Shown piece after piece: positions 1-12,400 of a stretch of DNA of 64,000 nucleotides. Source of the stretch: Bugula neritina (Eukaryota; Animalia; Bryozoa); the NCBI GenBank assembly GCA_964035545.1, contig OZ037766.1, forward strand, positions 31,982,773 to 32,046,772. Reading direction: 5' to 3'. Made by a program: the position numbers and the translations under genes. The notes under the pieces were generated by a model. That model worked only from the letters and a program-made list of their open reading frames with translations, ran no database searches and was not told the origin of the DNA. Every line of letters starts with the position of its first letter. The first letter of the stretch is position 1.

Positions 1-477
1 ACATTGTACACACGTGTGGCCTCTGCTCTTGTTCTCCTTGCCCTCTATGAATGTACATCATGTTGTCAGTGTGTTCCTGACCGATAGTTTCATCTGCAGC
101 TCATCTCTGCAGTTTACATCTGCAGTCATAAACCATATGTCTAACCTCAGTTTAATTTATCCATAACTCTCAGTTCAACTGTGTTACAAAAACACAGCTG
201 TTAGCACACGTCTGCTTTCAGCACATGTCTGCTGTTACTACTGCTTTCACAATGCTTATAAATCTTATCCTTTAAATACATTATATACACAAATATAATA
301 TTCTAACCATCACAAATATTTCTACATGCACAGGGATCATGCTTCATCTGTAAAAAATAAATTTCACAAGATAGTATGCAGCCTTCTGTAAATATAACTG
401 GCTTATGTAGAGAAATAGCATAGCTGAGGGTGCTGAAGGTTGTTGCTCGCTTCTACGAATGTTTTGCATCATTTCAG

Positions 478-3400
478 GTGTCGGCTTTCGATCAGGATCA
501 AGATCACGAATCTAATATAATCTATTCATTTGCACCGGAGTCCAAGATGTTTAGTAATCTATTCATGGTTGAGCCTCACCACGGCTGGATTAGCTCTCTG
601 GTTCCTCTAGACCGAGAAAAGCGGTCTTCCTATGAGTTCTACATTCAGGCCAGCGACGAAGACAGTCGAGGGAAACTTAGCTCTAAGGCTAAAGTCAAAA
701 TCAACTTACTGGACGTCAACGACTGCGCCCCGCAATTTGCTAATACCAAGTTGATAGGTACAGACAGATCATAGTCTATTTAGTGTGAATTTTATACGTG
801 TGGTTTGTAAAGCTGCACTTTGTCTCTCACTAAGTAGTAGAGTTTGAACCACAGCATGTTTCCAGGAGTCTTTTTAGAGTTTCCGCGAGACTTTTAGAGT
901 AAATTAGTGTTGAAATGTGAGAACTAGCACGTTCTACCTGTATAGATGTACTGTGTGTACTGTATGCATTGTGTACCATAAGTGTATATCTATATATTGT
1001 CCTAGAATTCTAACCTGCCTTTCCTATTACACTTTCTATCACAAGCGGCCATGTTTTATGTACTGGACTGTAAAGTGTAACTCTATCTGTCCTCTAATTG
1101 ATGTATCTAATGTATTATACCACCTGTAGGAAGTTCTAGGTACTGGAATGATTCAGGTAATTCAATATGGCTCTCTCATCTCACTTCCTCTCGTCATTCT
1201 AACACTCGACAATTAAACACTGATTCAAATATATCCATCTATATACTCCTGTACTAAAATCCTCAATAGTGGGCGTGGTTTGATTATGCTATTTTTAGGC
1301 GTGGTCAGAATTTAGGTTTTATTTGTGGGTGTGGTTAAGTTTTGGGCCTAATCAATTATTTTTCTTGACTTTGAATTTAATAAAAGAAAAATGTGTGCTA
1401 AGTTTGTGTGAGCTAATTTTTTGAAATGTAAACGTTTTGCAGCTTTTTAAGCATCTGGTGTGACAAAACTTACCAACGCTTGAGTGTATTGTGTGTGAAT
1501 TTTTTACAATGTATAATCATCATCGCTTGAAAAATGTAAGGAATTTTGCAACCAAATTAAAATAAAATTTAGGGTGTAAAACTAAAATACAGGGTTCAAG
1601 TTATCTCCACCTACTCTATCACTGCATGCCTCATGGCTCTCTATGTGTAGTCTATGTTACTTCCTGCATGCTACGATATTCAATGTTAGTCTTCAATGAT
1701 TCTCTCAGTAGATGTCAATCAGAAATAGTGTTCCTACAATTTATTGTCTGTATTTGTTCTGCCACATCAATTATTCTAATGACTATCAAGTGATTCACTT
1801 TACTTACTATAAATTGTGTTCAATGTGCTAGATGTTATGCCTTGTCCATGTGGCTTATCCCATTCCGTTATCAGTGGATTATGTTATCAAACAGCTTCTT
1901 TATGTTGAAATATTTCACTGGAATTGTGTCCACCATGCAGATTTCACTGGAATTGTGTCCACCATATAACTGATGCTGCATTCCTTAGCATGACTTGTAC
2001 TAGTTAGTTAACTCTCACCATACTTACTGTTCTACTAAACTGAGTCTCAAATCTAGCCCTGGCTCCCACCGTGTTATATTAGCCAGCGGGCCTTCCACAG
2101 GCACCCTCACTATATTATATAAGTAGTGCATGTTATGACTAACACGGCTAGCTCAGCTCACCTCTTCATCTTAACTCACACTGTTGGTGTCTCATTGCAG
2201 CTGCTGTCAACGAAGACGCTCCTATAGGTACGATAGTAGTGCAGGTGGAGGCTGTTGATCAGGATTTGCCTGCCCATTCTACTAGAATGTACTACATTTC
2301 TAATGGGAATGACCACGGACACTTCAGGTACCCATAACTCCTATTCAACTTTTTTTTAAGAACTTAGCAATATAAGTTAATTATGTATACATGTATAAAG
2401 GTGTACAATTTTATATGATTATATATAATACTGTTACATATAGTGCAATATGGTTGTATATAACACTGTATGTAATACTCTATATAATACTCTATATAAT
2501 ACTCTATATAACACTGTATATAATACTCTATATAATACTCTATATAATACGCTATATAATACTCTATATAATACTCTATATAATACTCTATATAATACTC
2601 TATATAATACTCTATATAATACTGTATATAGAATCAAACAGACTGGAGAGATCTTTGTCAGTAAGACGTTAGACAGAGAGTCCCTGACAGAGTACCACCT
2701 TGAGGTCTCGGCTACTGACGGAGTGTTTGTGTCCAGTATCTTGGTGCTTATCCACATCCTCGACGCCAACGACAACGCCCCAGTGTGTGAGCGGGTGAGT
2801 GCACATACTCTAGATGTCATTGTATACTCTAGATGTCACTGTATACTCTAGATGTCACTGTATACTCTAGATGTCACTGTATACTCTAGATGTCACTGCA
2901 TACTCTAGATGTCACTGTATACTCTAGATGTCATTGTATACTCTAGATGTCATTGCATACTCTAGATGTCATTGCATACTTTAGATGTCACTGTATACTC
3001 TAGATGTCACTGTATACTCTAGATGTCATTGTATACTCTAGATGTCAATGCAAATATCTGAAAGTTTTTCATATTCACTTGTCTGTTAAGTCTGTTAATT
3101 CCATAATTTGCATCTCTCAAGTTTACACAGTCGAGTCTTTCTTTTCTATCAATTGAATACCAGAAAGAAATGTAACATTCGTAATTTGGTTTCTTCAGCC
3201 GATGTACACGAAGGTCATAGCAGAAAACATAGCCTCAGGCTCTCTCATACTCTCTATGAAGGCCAGTGACATCGACGAGCCTTCCACCCCCAACTCCAGA
3301 ATATCATATAGCCTTAGAGGAGAAGGTTCCTCGGACTTTGCCATAGACGCCATCAGAGGTGCTCCTTTTATACCCTTCCTATGCTTTTACTAATATCTTG

Positions 3401-6400
3401 CTTTGTATTGTTCTGTATTGAAGTAGGGGGGTGGTACAGAGGCCCCTTTTACTAGCATACTGGTTGTCAAATGGTTTACTCTGTCTTTTTGCCAACAGTT
3501 CAGTTTTTCAAAACACTGATTTCAAATTTACCAGTTAAAATGACTGTAATAGCATTGAGTAGGTATGCTGTTACATAGTAACACGACAAGTGTTTGCACT
3601 GTTGTCTGGTAACACTACATATCGTGTGCACAGGAGACATCAGGGTGTACCGGAATCTAGACCGAGAGCGCAAGTCGGAGTATCGGATAACCGGGGTGGC
3701 TACAGACGACGGAGGTCTTTACTGCACAGCTGACATTCTCATAAAACTCACTGACGTTAACGACAACACGCCCGTGTTTGACCAGTCCATGTACAGCTAC
3801 ACTCTACCCGAGGATTCCTCTAACAACACTCTCCTACTCAGGGTGACCGCCACTGATAAAGATGCGGGTGAGTTGGTTCTACCTGTCTTCTGCATCTGTC
3901 TTCTGCTCTTTTGCCTCTGGTTATCGTCTCTGTCACTGTAAAGACAGTACAGCCTATGGTCTCACTCTAAACCTCTCACTAGAAACTTCTACAAACTCAG
4001 CTGATATAAACTCAAGTTACTCCACAAACATAACATGTGGTTTAAGCTGTTGTATTGGGAGTTGTCTTTCTTGTAGGTCTAAACCGTAAAGTGAGGTACA
4101 GCATTGAATTGCAGAGACCAAAGAACATGTTCACCATAGATCCTGCTAACGGTATCATCCGACTGGTGAGACCCCTGAGAGAGGGGGATACCCTAGTCAG
4201 CGCTGCCTATACTCTCACCATTGCTGCCACCGACAGCGGGGAAACTCCTCGCACTGGTCGCTCTCAACTTACTGTCCATGTTAGCGACGTCAATGACCCC
4301 CCAGTGTTTCTCCGCCCCTTGTGAGTTGACCACCTGTTGCTTTATTCATAACATTAAATGAGATTCTCTCAATGTGAGCTGCTATTCCGTCTACATCAAT
4401 ATCTAGCAGTTTATAGACAGTCACATCAGCTGCTGTTTAGGATTAGAAAAGAAGCTGCGTATATCTGTTGACTGACATACATTACCATACTTGTGTATAG
4501 TGTATATGAGACTGGGGATATCGTTATTGCAGGTACGACACGTCATGCAGTGAGGATATTGAACCTGGTACAAGGTTGTTGCAGGTTAGAGCTCTATCTA
4601 CAGACAAAGGTCGTAACAATGTCATCAAGTACAGTATCAGCAATGGAGGTGCAAACAACCAGCTATTCAGAATGGACGCAGACACTGGTACGTAGCTCTT
4701 CTCTAGCCTTTTTTTACTTTTGCCTCACCAGGGTGAGTTTAGTCTGAGATTTACACTAAACTTGTTGGTAGTGAGGCTATACTAAAACAGCTCACAACAT
4801 TTCCTGTCATGTTGGTGAACTCACCTAACTAACATGTGAAGAAAGTAGTGTCTGACACAATGTTTTTTAATAAATGTATTTTATAAACTGACATGCTATA
4901 GAGTAGCAGGTGGCTGTTTAGTTTGCTTAGGGAATGTTCACTTGCAGGTTGTCACTAGTGTCATGTGCTTGCAGGTTGTCACTTGTGACATGTGCTTGCA
5001 GGTTGTCACTAGTGTCATGTGCTTGCAGGTTGTCACTAGTGCCATGTGCTTGCAGGTTGTCACTAGTGTCATGTGCTTGCAGGTGTACTCACCACGTCAG
5101 GCAGGTTCAACTACGAGCTGGTAAGAAAGTACGTACTGAATATTGAAGCTAAGGATGAAGGTGAACCCCCTCTGAGTGACATGTGTACAGTCACAGTGTA
5201 TGTCACCGACGCTAATGACAACAAGCCAGCATTCTCTCAGACAGCTTACGCTGCCAACGTGAGGGAGAACGCTGAGGTCGGAGATCAAGTTATACGGGTG
5301 AGTCACTTCATTGTAGTGTAGAACTTATTGTGTAGTATTACTAGTACTATACAGGTTGTAGTGTAGAGCTCACTGTATAGTATTACTAGTACTATACAGA
5401 TTGTAGTGTAGAACTCACTGTATAGTATTACTAGTACTATACACGTTAAAGTGTAGAACTCATTGTATAGTATTACTAGTACTATACAGATTGTAGTGTA
5501 GAACTCAATGCTATTACTTTAGGTTGAAGCTCAAGACTTGGACTCTGGACTCAATGCGAAAGTTGTCTACTCAATTATAGCAGGGAATGACTTGAAGCAG
5601 TTTACTATTGATGAGAACTTGGGCTACGTCAGTGTCAGTGCTTCTTTGGACAGAGAGGCAGTAAGTTTGTGGTGTTGTGGTGTTTGTTGAAACTCTAAAG
5701 CATAATTTCTTACAGCCAAGTTGTGCTGGAAAACTGTCTTATTTCAACATCTGCTATCAATTAGACATCCCAAGCAACTAGCAATGTTATTGGAGTTGTA
5801 TACTCGTTAGCTTGGAAAGCCTTCAATTGACTCCCTCTTGTAGATAAGTTCATACACGCTGACGATACAGGCTACCGATCAGGGTGTGGAGAAACAGCAA
5901 ATGTCACAGGCTTTGCTGTTAGTCACTATAGAAGACGTTAACGATAACCCACCAAGGTTCCTGCAGCCATACTATGCTGCCCAGGTGCAGGTATGTGTTA
6001 TATCACCTGCCACGCCTGCCAATCTGTATAGCGCTTTACTTCTAACACCATTATAGTATAGTATATTATAGTATAGTATACTCTCACCTTATTATATTAT
6101 AGTATAGTATACTCTCACCTTATTATATTATAGTATAGTATACTCTCACCTTGTTATATTATATTATAGTATAGCATACTCTCACCTTATTATATTATAG
6201 TATAGCATACTCTCAGCTTATTATATTATAGTATAGTATACTCTCACCTTATTATATTATAGTATAGTATACTCTCACCTTATTATATTATATTATAGTA
6301 TACTCTCACCTTATTATATTATATTATAGTATAGTATACTCTCACCTTATTATATTATATTATAGTATAGTATACTCTCACCTTATTATATTATAGTATA

Positions 6401-9400
6401 GCATACTCTCACCTTATTATATTATATTATAGTATAGTATACTCTCAGCTTATTATATTATATTATATTATAGTATAGTATACTCTCAGCTTATTATATT
6501 CTATTATATTATAGTATAGTATATTCTCACCTTATTGAATTTAAAGCAGACATGATGCTGTGGCTAGACCTCCATAGACCAAGTTGAATTGTTTCATGAT
6601 TTATTTTGCATCATTTACAATGCCTAACATTCTAAACTATTACGAGATTCTCTAATTAACAGCAATCTGGTGGTGGAACGCAACTCATTGCTAGTAACTT
6701 GTTTATTTAATGACTCACTCCTTGCAAACATTTCTACGTCACCATTTTATACTCCAACTGTTTGCAGTGCAGCCTGTCGTGTGGTTTACAAATTAGCTCT
6801 GCTTTTTATTTCAATAAAATGTTAAAACTTTGTTCACCTCAGCTGTGCAGTGCTGTGCAGCTGTGTAGTGGCACCAATGAGTCAGTGTTGCTGCCACAGT
6901 ATGCCCAGCTGTGACCTCTATCTAAACTGACATCACCATTGAAATCTGTGCACTCGCTCCCCGAGTTGGAAGTATTCATACTGTTGAAATGTTTCACTGT
7001 TTCTGAGAGAAGAAACTAACGCTGCAGTTACTAAAAATATTGTCAGAGTTCAACTTCAGTGGATGTTTACTAATAACAGCTGACTTACTAGGAATGAGTT
7101 TGAGTTGCGACTGGTTTGGCTTGATAGAAACTTGCTTGCTTGCTTTTCAGGTTTACCCAGAAGGTGGGCTGTATCGTAACACTACTTTTACACTCACTAC
7201 TCCGCCCACAGAAACAACCAGTTCAACGAGCTCTATTTCCTCTGAAGTATGCTACTAATATTATGATTGGTTAAACTCTGATTTGCAATCACTGATTGGC
7301 ACACCGCTGATTTAACTGCAATGATTAAGCACTTTTTGATTGAGCTGGTTATGGTGTATCTTGGCTTATTTTTAACTAACCAGAGCTTTTTTATAAGTCA
7401 ACAAGAATATTTTTCTAGCGTTTAATACTACGTTTGCTTTTCCTTTCTCTTTTATTATCTCTAACAGTTTTTTCTTCATTTTGCCTTCCTAAGCATTTAT
7501 AGTGTTTCTTTATCTCTCATCTAACTTTTAATCTCATTTGCTGACCCAATGAGACTCAAGTTTGATATGCAAATACCCGATTGTTAGGAGGGCACAGAGA
7601 CCTCTGGGTACAGCCCGTTGACCTTGACAGTCACTGATGCGGACGATGACCACAATAGTCGGCCTTTCAAGTATGAAATATTAAGTGGAGATCCTGACAA
7701 TCACTTTAGCATAAGCAGTGACGGTCGTCTCTTGGCTCATGGCACCTTTGACATGAAAGTGAAAACAGAATACACCTTAGAGGTAAAAGTTGTTAAACAT
7801 AGAATTGTTAGTTGTTTCACAAGTCCTCAGTAGTTCAGTGACAGATCTGCAAAACTGTGACTAAAACTTGCTAGTCATAAATTCTTTAAATTTCATCAAA
7901 AACCTTTAGGATGAGTATGGTGGTGACTTTCTCTTGTTCATTTGTCGAGCAACACAATATTTCTTGTTTCAGGTGAAGGTGGAAGACAGCGGGGTACCGC
8001 CTCTCTCCTCATTCGCACAAGTTAAAGTTGAAGTTCATGAGGCTACTCTGTCACCACCCGCTGTCACGTCCCCACTTAACTTCACAGTCGTAGCCTATGA
8101 AGACACATTTCCTGGCGGGATTATAGGCTATGTCAAGGCTAGAGATTTAGACTATGATACGCTGAGTTATAAGATTGTCTCCCCACTGTACCAGCGACTG
8201 TTCAGGTAAAATGTCTACCAATATAAAGTGAGTGTATAGATAAAGAGCGTACTTTGTGGTTTCTGAACCTCTTCAATATTAATCCTTTCTGTTTATATGC
8301 TCTGATTGTATTGTGTAAACTGCCTTGTGAGTATGTATACTGGGGAGTGGATGGACTTGTCATACCCTGTAAGTTAACTGTTTCCTCCTTTGTCTGTAGC
8401 ATGGACAGCAGTACTGGGGCCTTCAGCTCATACTCGCTCGACTCTGGCATGTACTCGCTAAATGTCAGTGTGTCTGACGGAAGGTTTACCTCGTATGGAG
8501 TGATTGGGGTCAAGGTCGTCTCAATTACTGATGAAATGATGGCTGACTCGGTCGGTGTTTCGATTGGAGGAATCACGTCAAGGGATTTTATATCTCTGCA
8601 TAGAAGAGCATTTGAAAAAGCGCTGCTTGAACTTTCCTCAGAATTCAGGTATGTTTACTACTTGCGTGTCACAGCACAACTCGTTCATTGATGTCTCCCA
8701 GTTACTGATGGTGTTGTGCGAATCTCTGTTACAGACATGTTCACATTCTGAGTATAAACGATCAGCCTGCTGCTAGCAGTGCTCGGGCTAAAAGACAGAC
8801 AACTCCTAGTAACAGTGTACTAGTGTTGGCTTCAGTAGAGATATCTACAGGGGAGATGATTTCTAAAGACATTCTCTCTTCTGCCATCAAAGATAACATA
8901 AACACTGTGCGAAGTATTATGGGAGGTAAATGAAACATATTGTGTATATACTGCTACTGTACTAGTCATATGAACATATTGTGTGTATACTGCTACTGTA
9001 CTAGTCATATGAATATATTGTGTGTATACTGCTACTGTACTAGTCATATGAACATATTGTGTGTATACTGTACTAGTCATATGAACATATTGTGTGTATA
9101 CTGCTACTGTACTAGTCATATGAACATATTGTGTGTATACTGTACTAGTCATATGAACATAGTGTGTGTATACTGCTACTGTACTAGTCATATGAATATA
9201 TTGTGTGTATACTGCTACTGTACTAGTCATATGAACATATTGTGTGTATACTGTACTAGTCATATGAACATATTGTGTGTATACTGCTACTGTACTAGTC
9301 ATATGAATATATTGTGTGTATACTGTACTAGTCATATGAACATAGTGTGTGTATACTGCTACTGTACTAGTCATATGAATATATTGTGTGTATACTGCTA

Positions 9401-12400
9401 CTGTACTAGTCATATGAACATATTGTGTGTATACTGTACTAGTCATATGAACATATTGTGTGTATACTGCTACTGTACTAGTCATATGAACATATTGTGT
9501 ATACTGCTACTGTACTAGTCATATGAATATATTGTGTGTATACTGCTACTGTACTAGTCATATGAACATATTGTGTGTATACTGTACTAGTCATATGAAC
9601 ATATTGTGTGTATACTGCTACTGTACTAGTCATATGAACATATTGTGTATACTGCTACTGTACTAGTCATATGAATATATTGTGTGTATACTGCTACTGT
9701 ACTAGTCATATGAATATATTGTGTGTATACTGTACTAGTCATATGAACATATTGTGTGTATACTGCTACTGTACTAGTCATATGAACATATTGTGTGTAT
9801 ACTGCTACTGTACTAGTCATATGAACATATTGTGTGTATACTGTACTAGTCATATGAACATATTGTGTGTATACTGCTACTGTACTAGTCATATGAACAT
9901 AGTGTGTATATACTGTACTAGTCATATGAACATAGTGTGTGTATACTGTACTAGTCATATGAACATATTGTGTGTATACTGTACTAGTCATATGAATATA
10001 TTGTGTGTATACTGCTACTGTACTAGTCATATGAACATATTGTGTGTGTACTGCTACTGTACTAGTCATATGAACATATTGTGTGTATACTGCTACTGTA
10101 CTAGTCATATGAATATATTGTGTGTATACTGCTACTGTACTAGTCATATGAACATATTGTGTGTATACTGTACTAGTCATATGAACATATTGTGTGTATA
10201 CTGCTACTGTACTAGTCATATGAACATATTGTGTGTATACTGCTACTGTACTAGTCATATGAATATATTGTGTGTATACTGCTACTGTACTAGTCATATG
10301 AACATATTGTGTGTATACTGTACTAGTCATATGAACATATTGTGTGTATACTGCTACTGTACTAGTCATATGAACATATTGTGTGTATACTGCTACTGTA
10401 CTAGTCATATGAATATATTGTGTGTATACTGCTACTGTACTAGTCATATGAACATATTGTGTGTATACTGTACTAGTCATATGAACATATTGTGTGTATA
10501 CTGCTACTGTACTAGTCATATGAATATATTGTGTGTATACTGTACTAGTCATATGAACATATTGTGTGTATACTGCTACTGTACTAGTCATATGATCATA
10601 TTGTGTGTATACTGTACTAGTCATATGAACATATTGTGTGTATACTGCTACTGTACTAGTCATATGAACATAGTGTGTGTATACTGTTACTGTACTAGTC
10701 ATATGAATATATTGTGTGTATACTGCTACTGTACTAGTCATATGAACATATTGTGTGTATACTGTACTAGTCATATGAACATATTGTGTGTATACTGCTA
10801 CTGTACTAGTCATATGAACATAGTGTGTGTATACTGTACTAGTCATATGAATATATTGTGTGTATACTGCTACTGTACTAGTCATATGAACATATTGTGT
10901 GTATACTGCTACTGTACTAGTCATATGAACATATTGTGTGTATACTGCTACTGTACTAGTCATATGAACATATTGTGTGTATACTGCTACTGTACTAGTC
11001 ATATGAACATAGTGTGTGTATACTGCTACTGTACTAGTCATATGAATATATTGTGTGTATACTGCTACTGTACTAGTCATATGAATATATTGTGTGTATA
11101 CTGTACTAGTCATATGAACATATTGTGTGTATACTGCTACTGTACTAGTCATGCACACACAATGATGTCTCGCTACTCGTATAGGGCTAGAGATAAGTTT
11201 ACCCGGAGAGGATTTTGTGTGCCCCGCCCACCTCAGCTGTAACGCCGATGAGAAGTGTGAGCTCCAGTATCAGATCACTCAGGATAAGGTGACCATAACT
11301 TCTAATCAACACAGCTTCGTCTCTCTCCTAGCTCAGCCTGTGGACAGGTGTGTCTGTTTGGGGCGCACCTGCGCCAACCCCTGCAGCTCCAACCCCTGTC
11401 CTAGACAAAAGGTATTCCTACTTTTCACTATTCAAGTTTATTTTCCATTGTCTCTTACTTAGTGCTCTTTACCAAATATGATTTGTGTTTATTCAACAGC
11501 GCATTGTAGAAGTACTTTATTTTCCAGCATTGCATACCCAGTGCGACGTACAAGACATACTCTTGCCAGTGCCCTCCCGGCACATTCGGGGACGATTGTA
11601 GTCGCCATGATGGTTCTGCCATAGCGTTTGATGGCAACAGTTATGTCCGCTGGACCCTGGTTAACGACATCAAGACTAAGATGAAAGTGAGGCTGACCTT
11701 CAGGACTAAACAATCGGATGCCGTGTTGATGGATGCCAGAGCCGAGAAAGACTACAGTACTCTGGAGGTAAAAACTTTGCCTGTGTTCCCAAGTACTACC
11801 TGTTCCCAGCACTGATTCACTTCTTTCTAGCAATCTAGTCTTGGGAACTTTGCATTTATCTACTCTATCGTGCGCAGGTTGACAATGGCTACCTGCGGTA
11901 TACCTTTGAGTGCGGTTCTGGCCCCGCCACCATGCAGACGTCGCTAAAGGTTAATGATGGAAGTTGGCACAATGTGACTCTAGAGAGGGACGGTAAGACA
12001 CCACCCTCACATACATAGTTGCAGTAGTTCACCGGCTAAACCATTGTGCGACTCGTTATGTACTAAGATTGTCCCTTTGAGAGAAGACAACTTCAAGCAC
12101 AAATGTTTATCTGATACATATCAATAGTCTGCTTATATGTCATACTTATTATAGCCTGAGTACCTAGTCCTATACTGTCATATTGACAGGGGGCATGCCA
12201 ATGTACCAATACAAGTGCTGAATGTCATCTATACTCACAGAGAATTCTGATTACTTGGTTATGATTTGTAGGGAATTTTGCTCGACTTCTCTTAGACAAC
12301 AAGCATACAGCTCAGGCGGAGAGTGATAGAAACACTCTAGAGATCAATTTATTAGATAACAATGTTTTCTTCGGCGCAACTGTCAAAACTCTCACCACCG

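Noticed and set aside
8832-11242. ORFs of 192-523 aa on both strands with Cys/Tyr/His-rich repeats that look like metal-binding proteins
   Set aside because: They are translations of the 39/33-bp intronic minisatellite. Units are multiples of 3, the frames break at two 37-bp units, and the flanking Fat exons join in phase without them.
11412-11527. Possible U12-type intron (donor GTATTCCT)
   Set aside because: It does not match the strict GTATCCTT consensus, and I saw no TCCTTAAC branch site.
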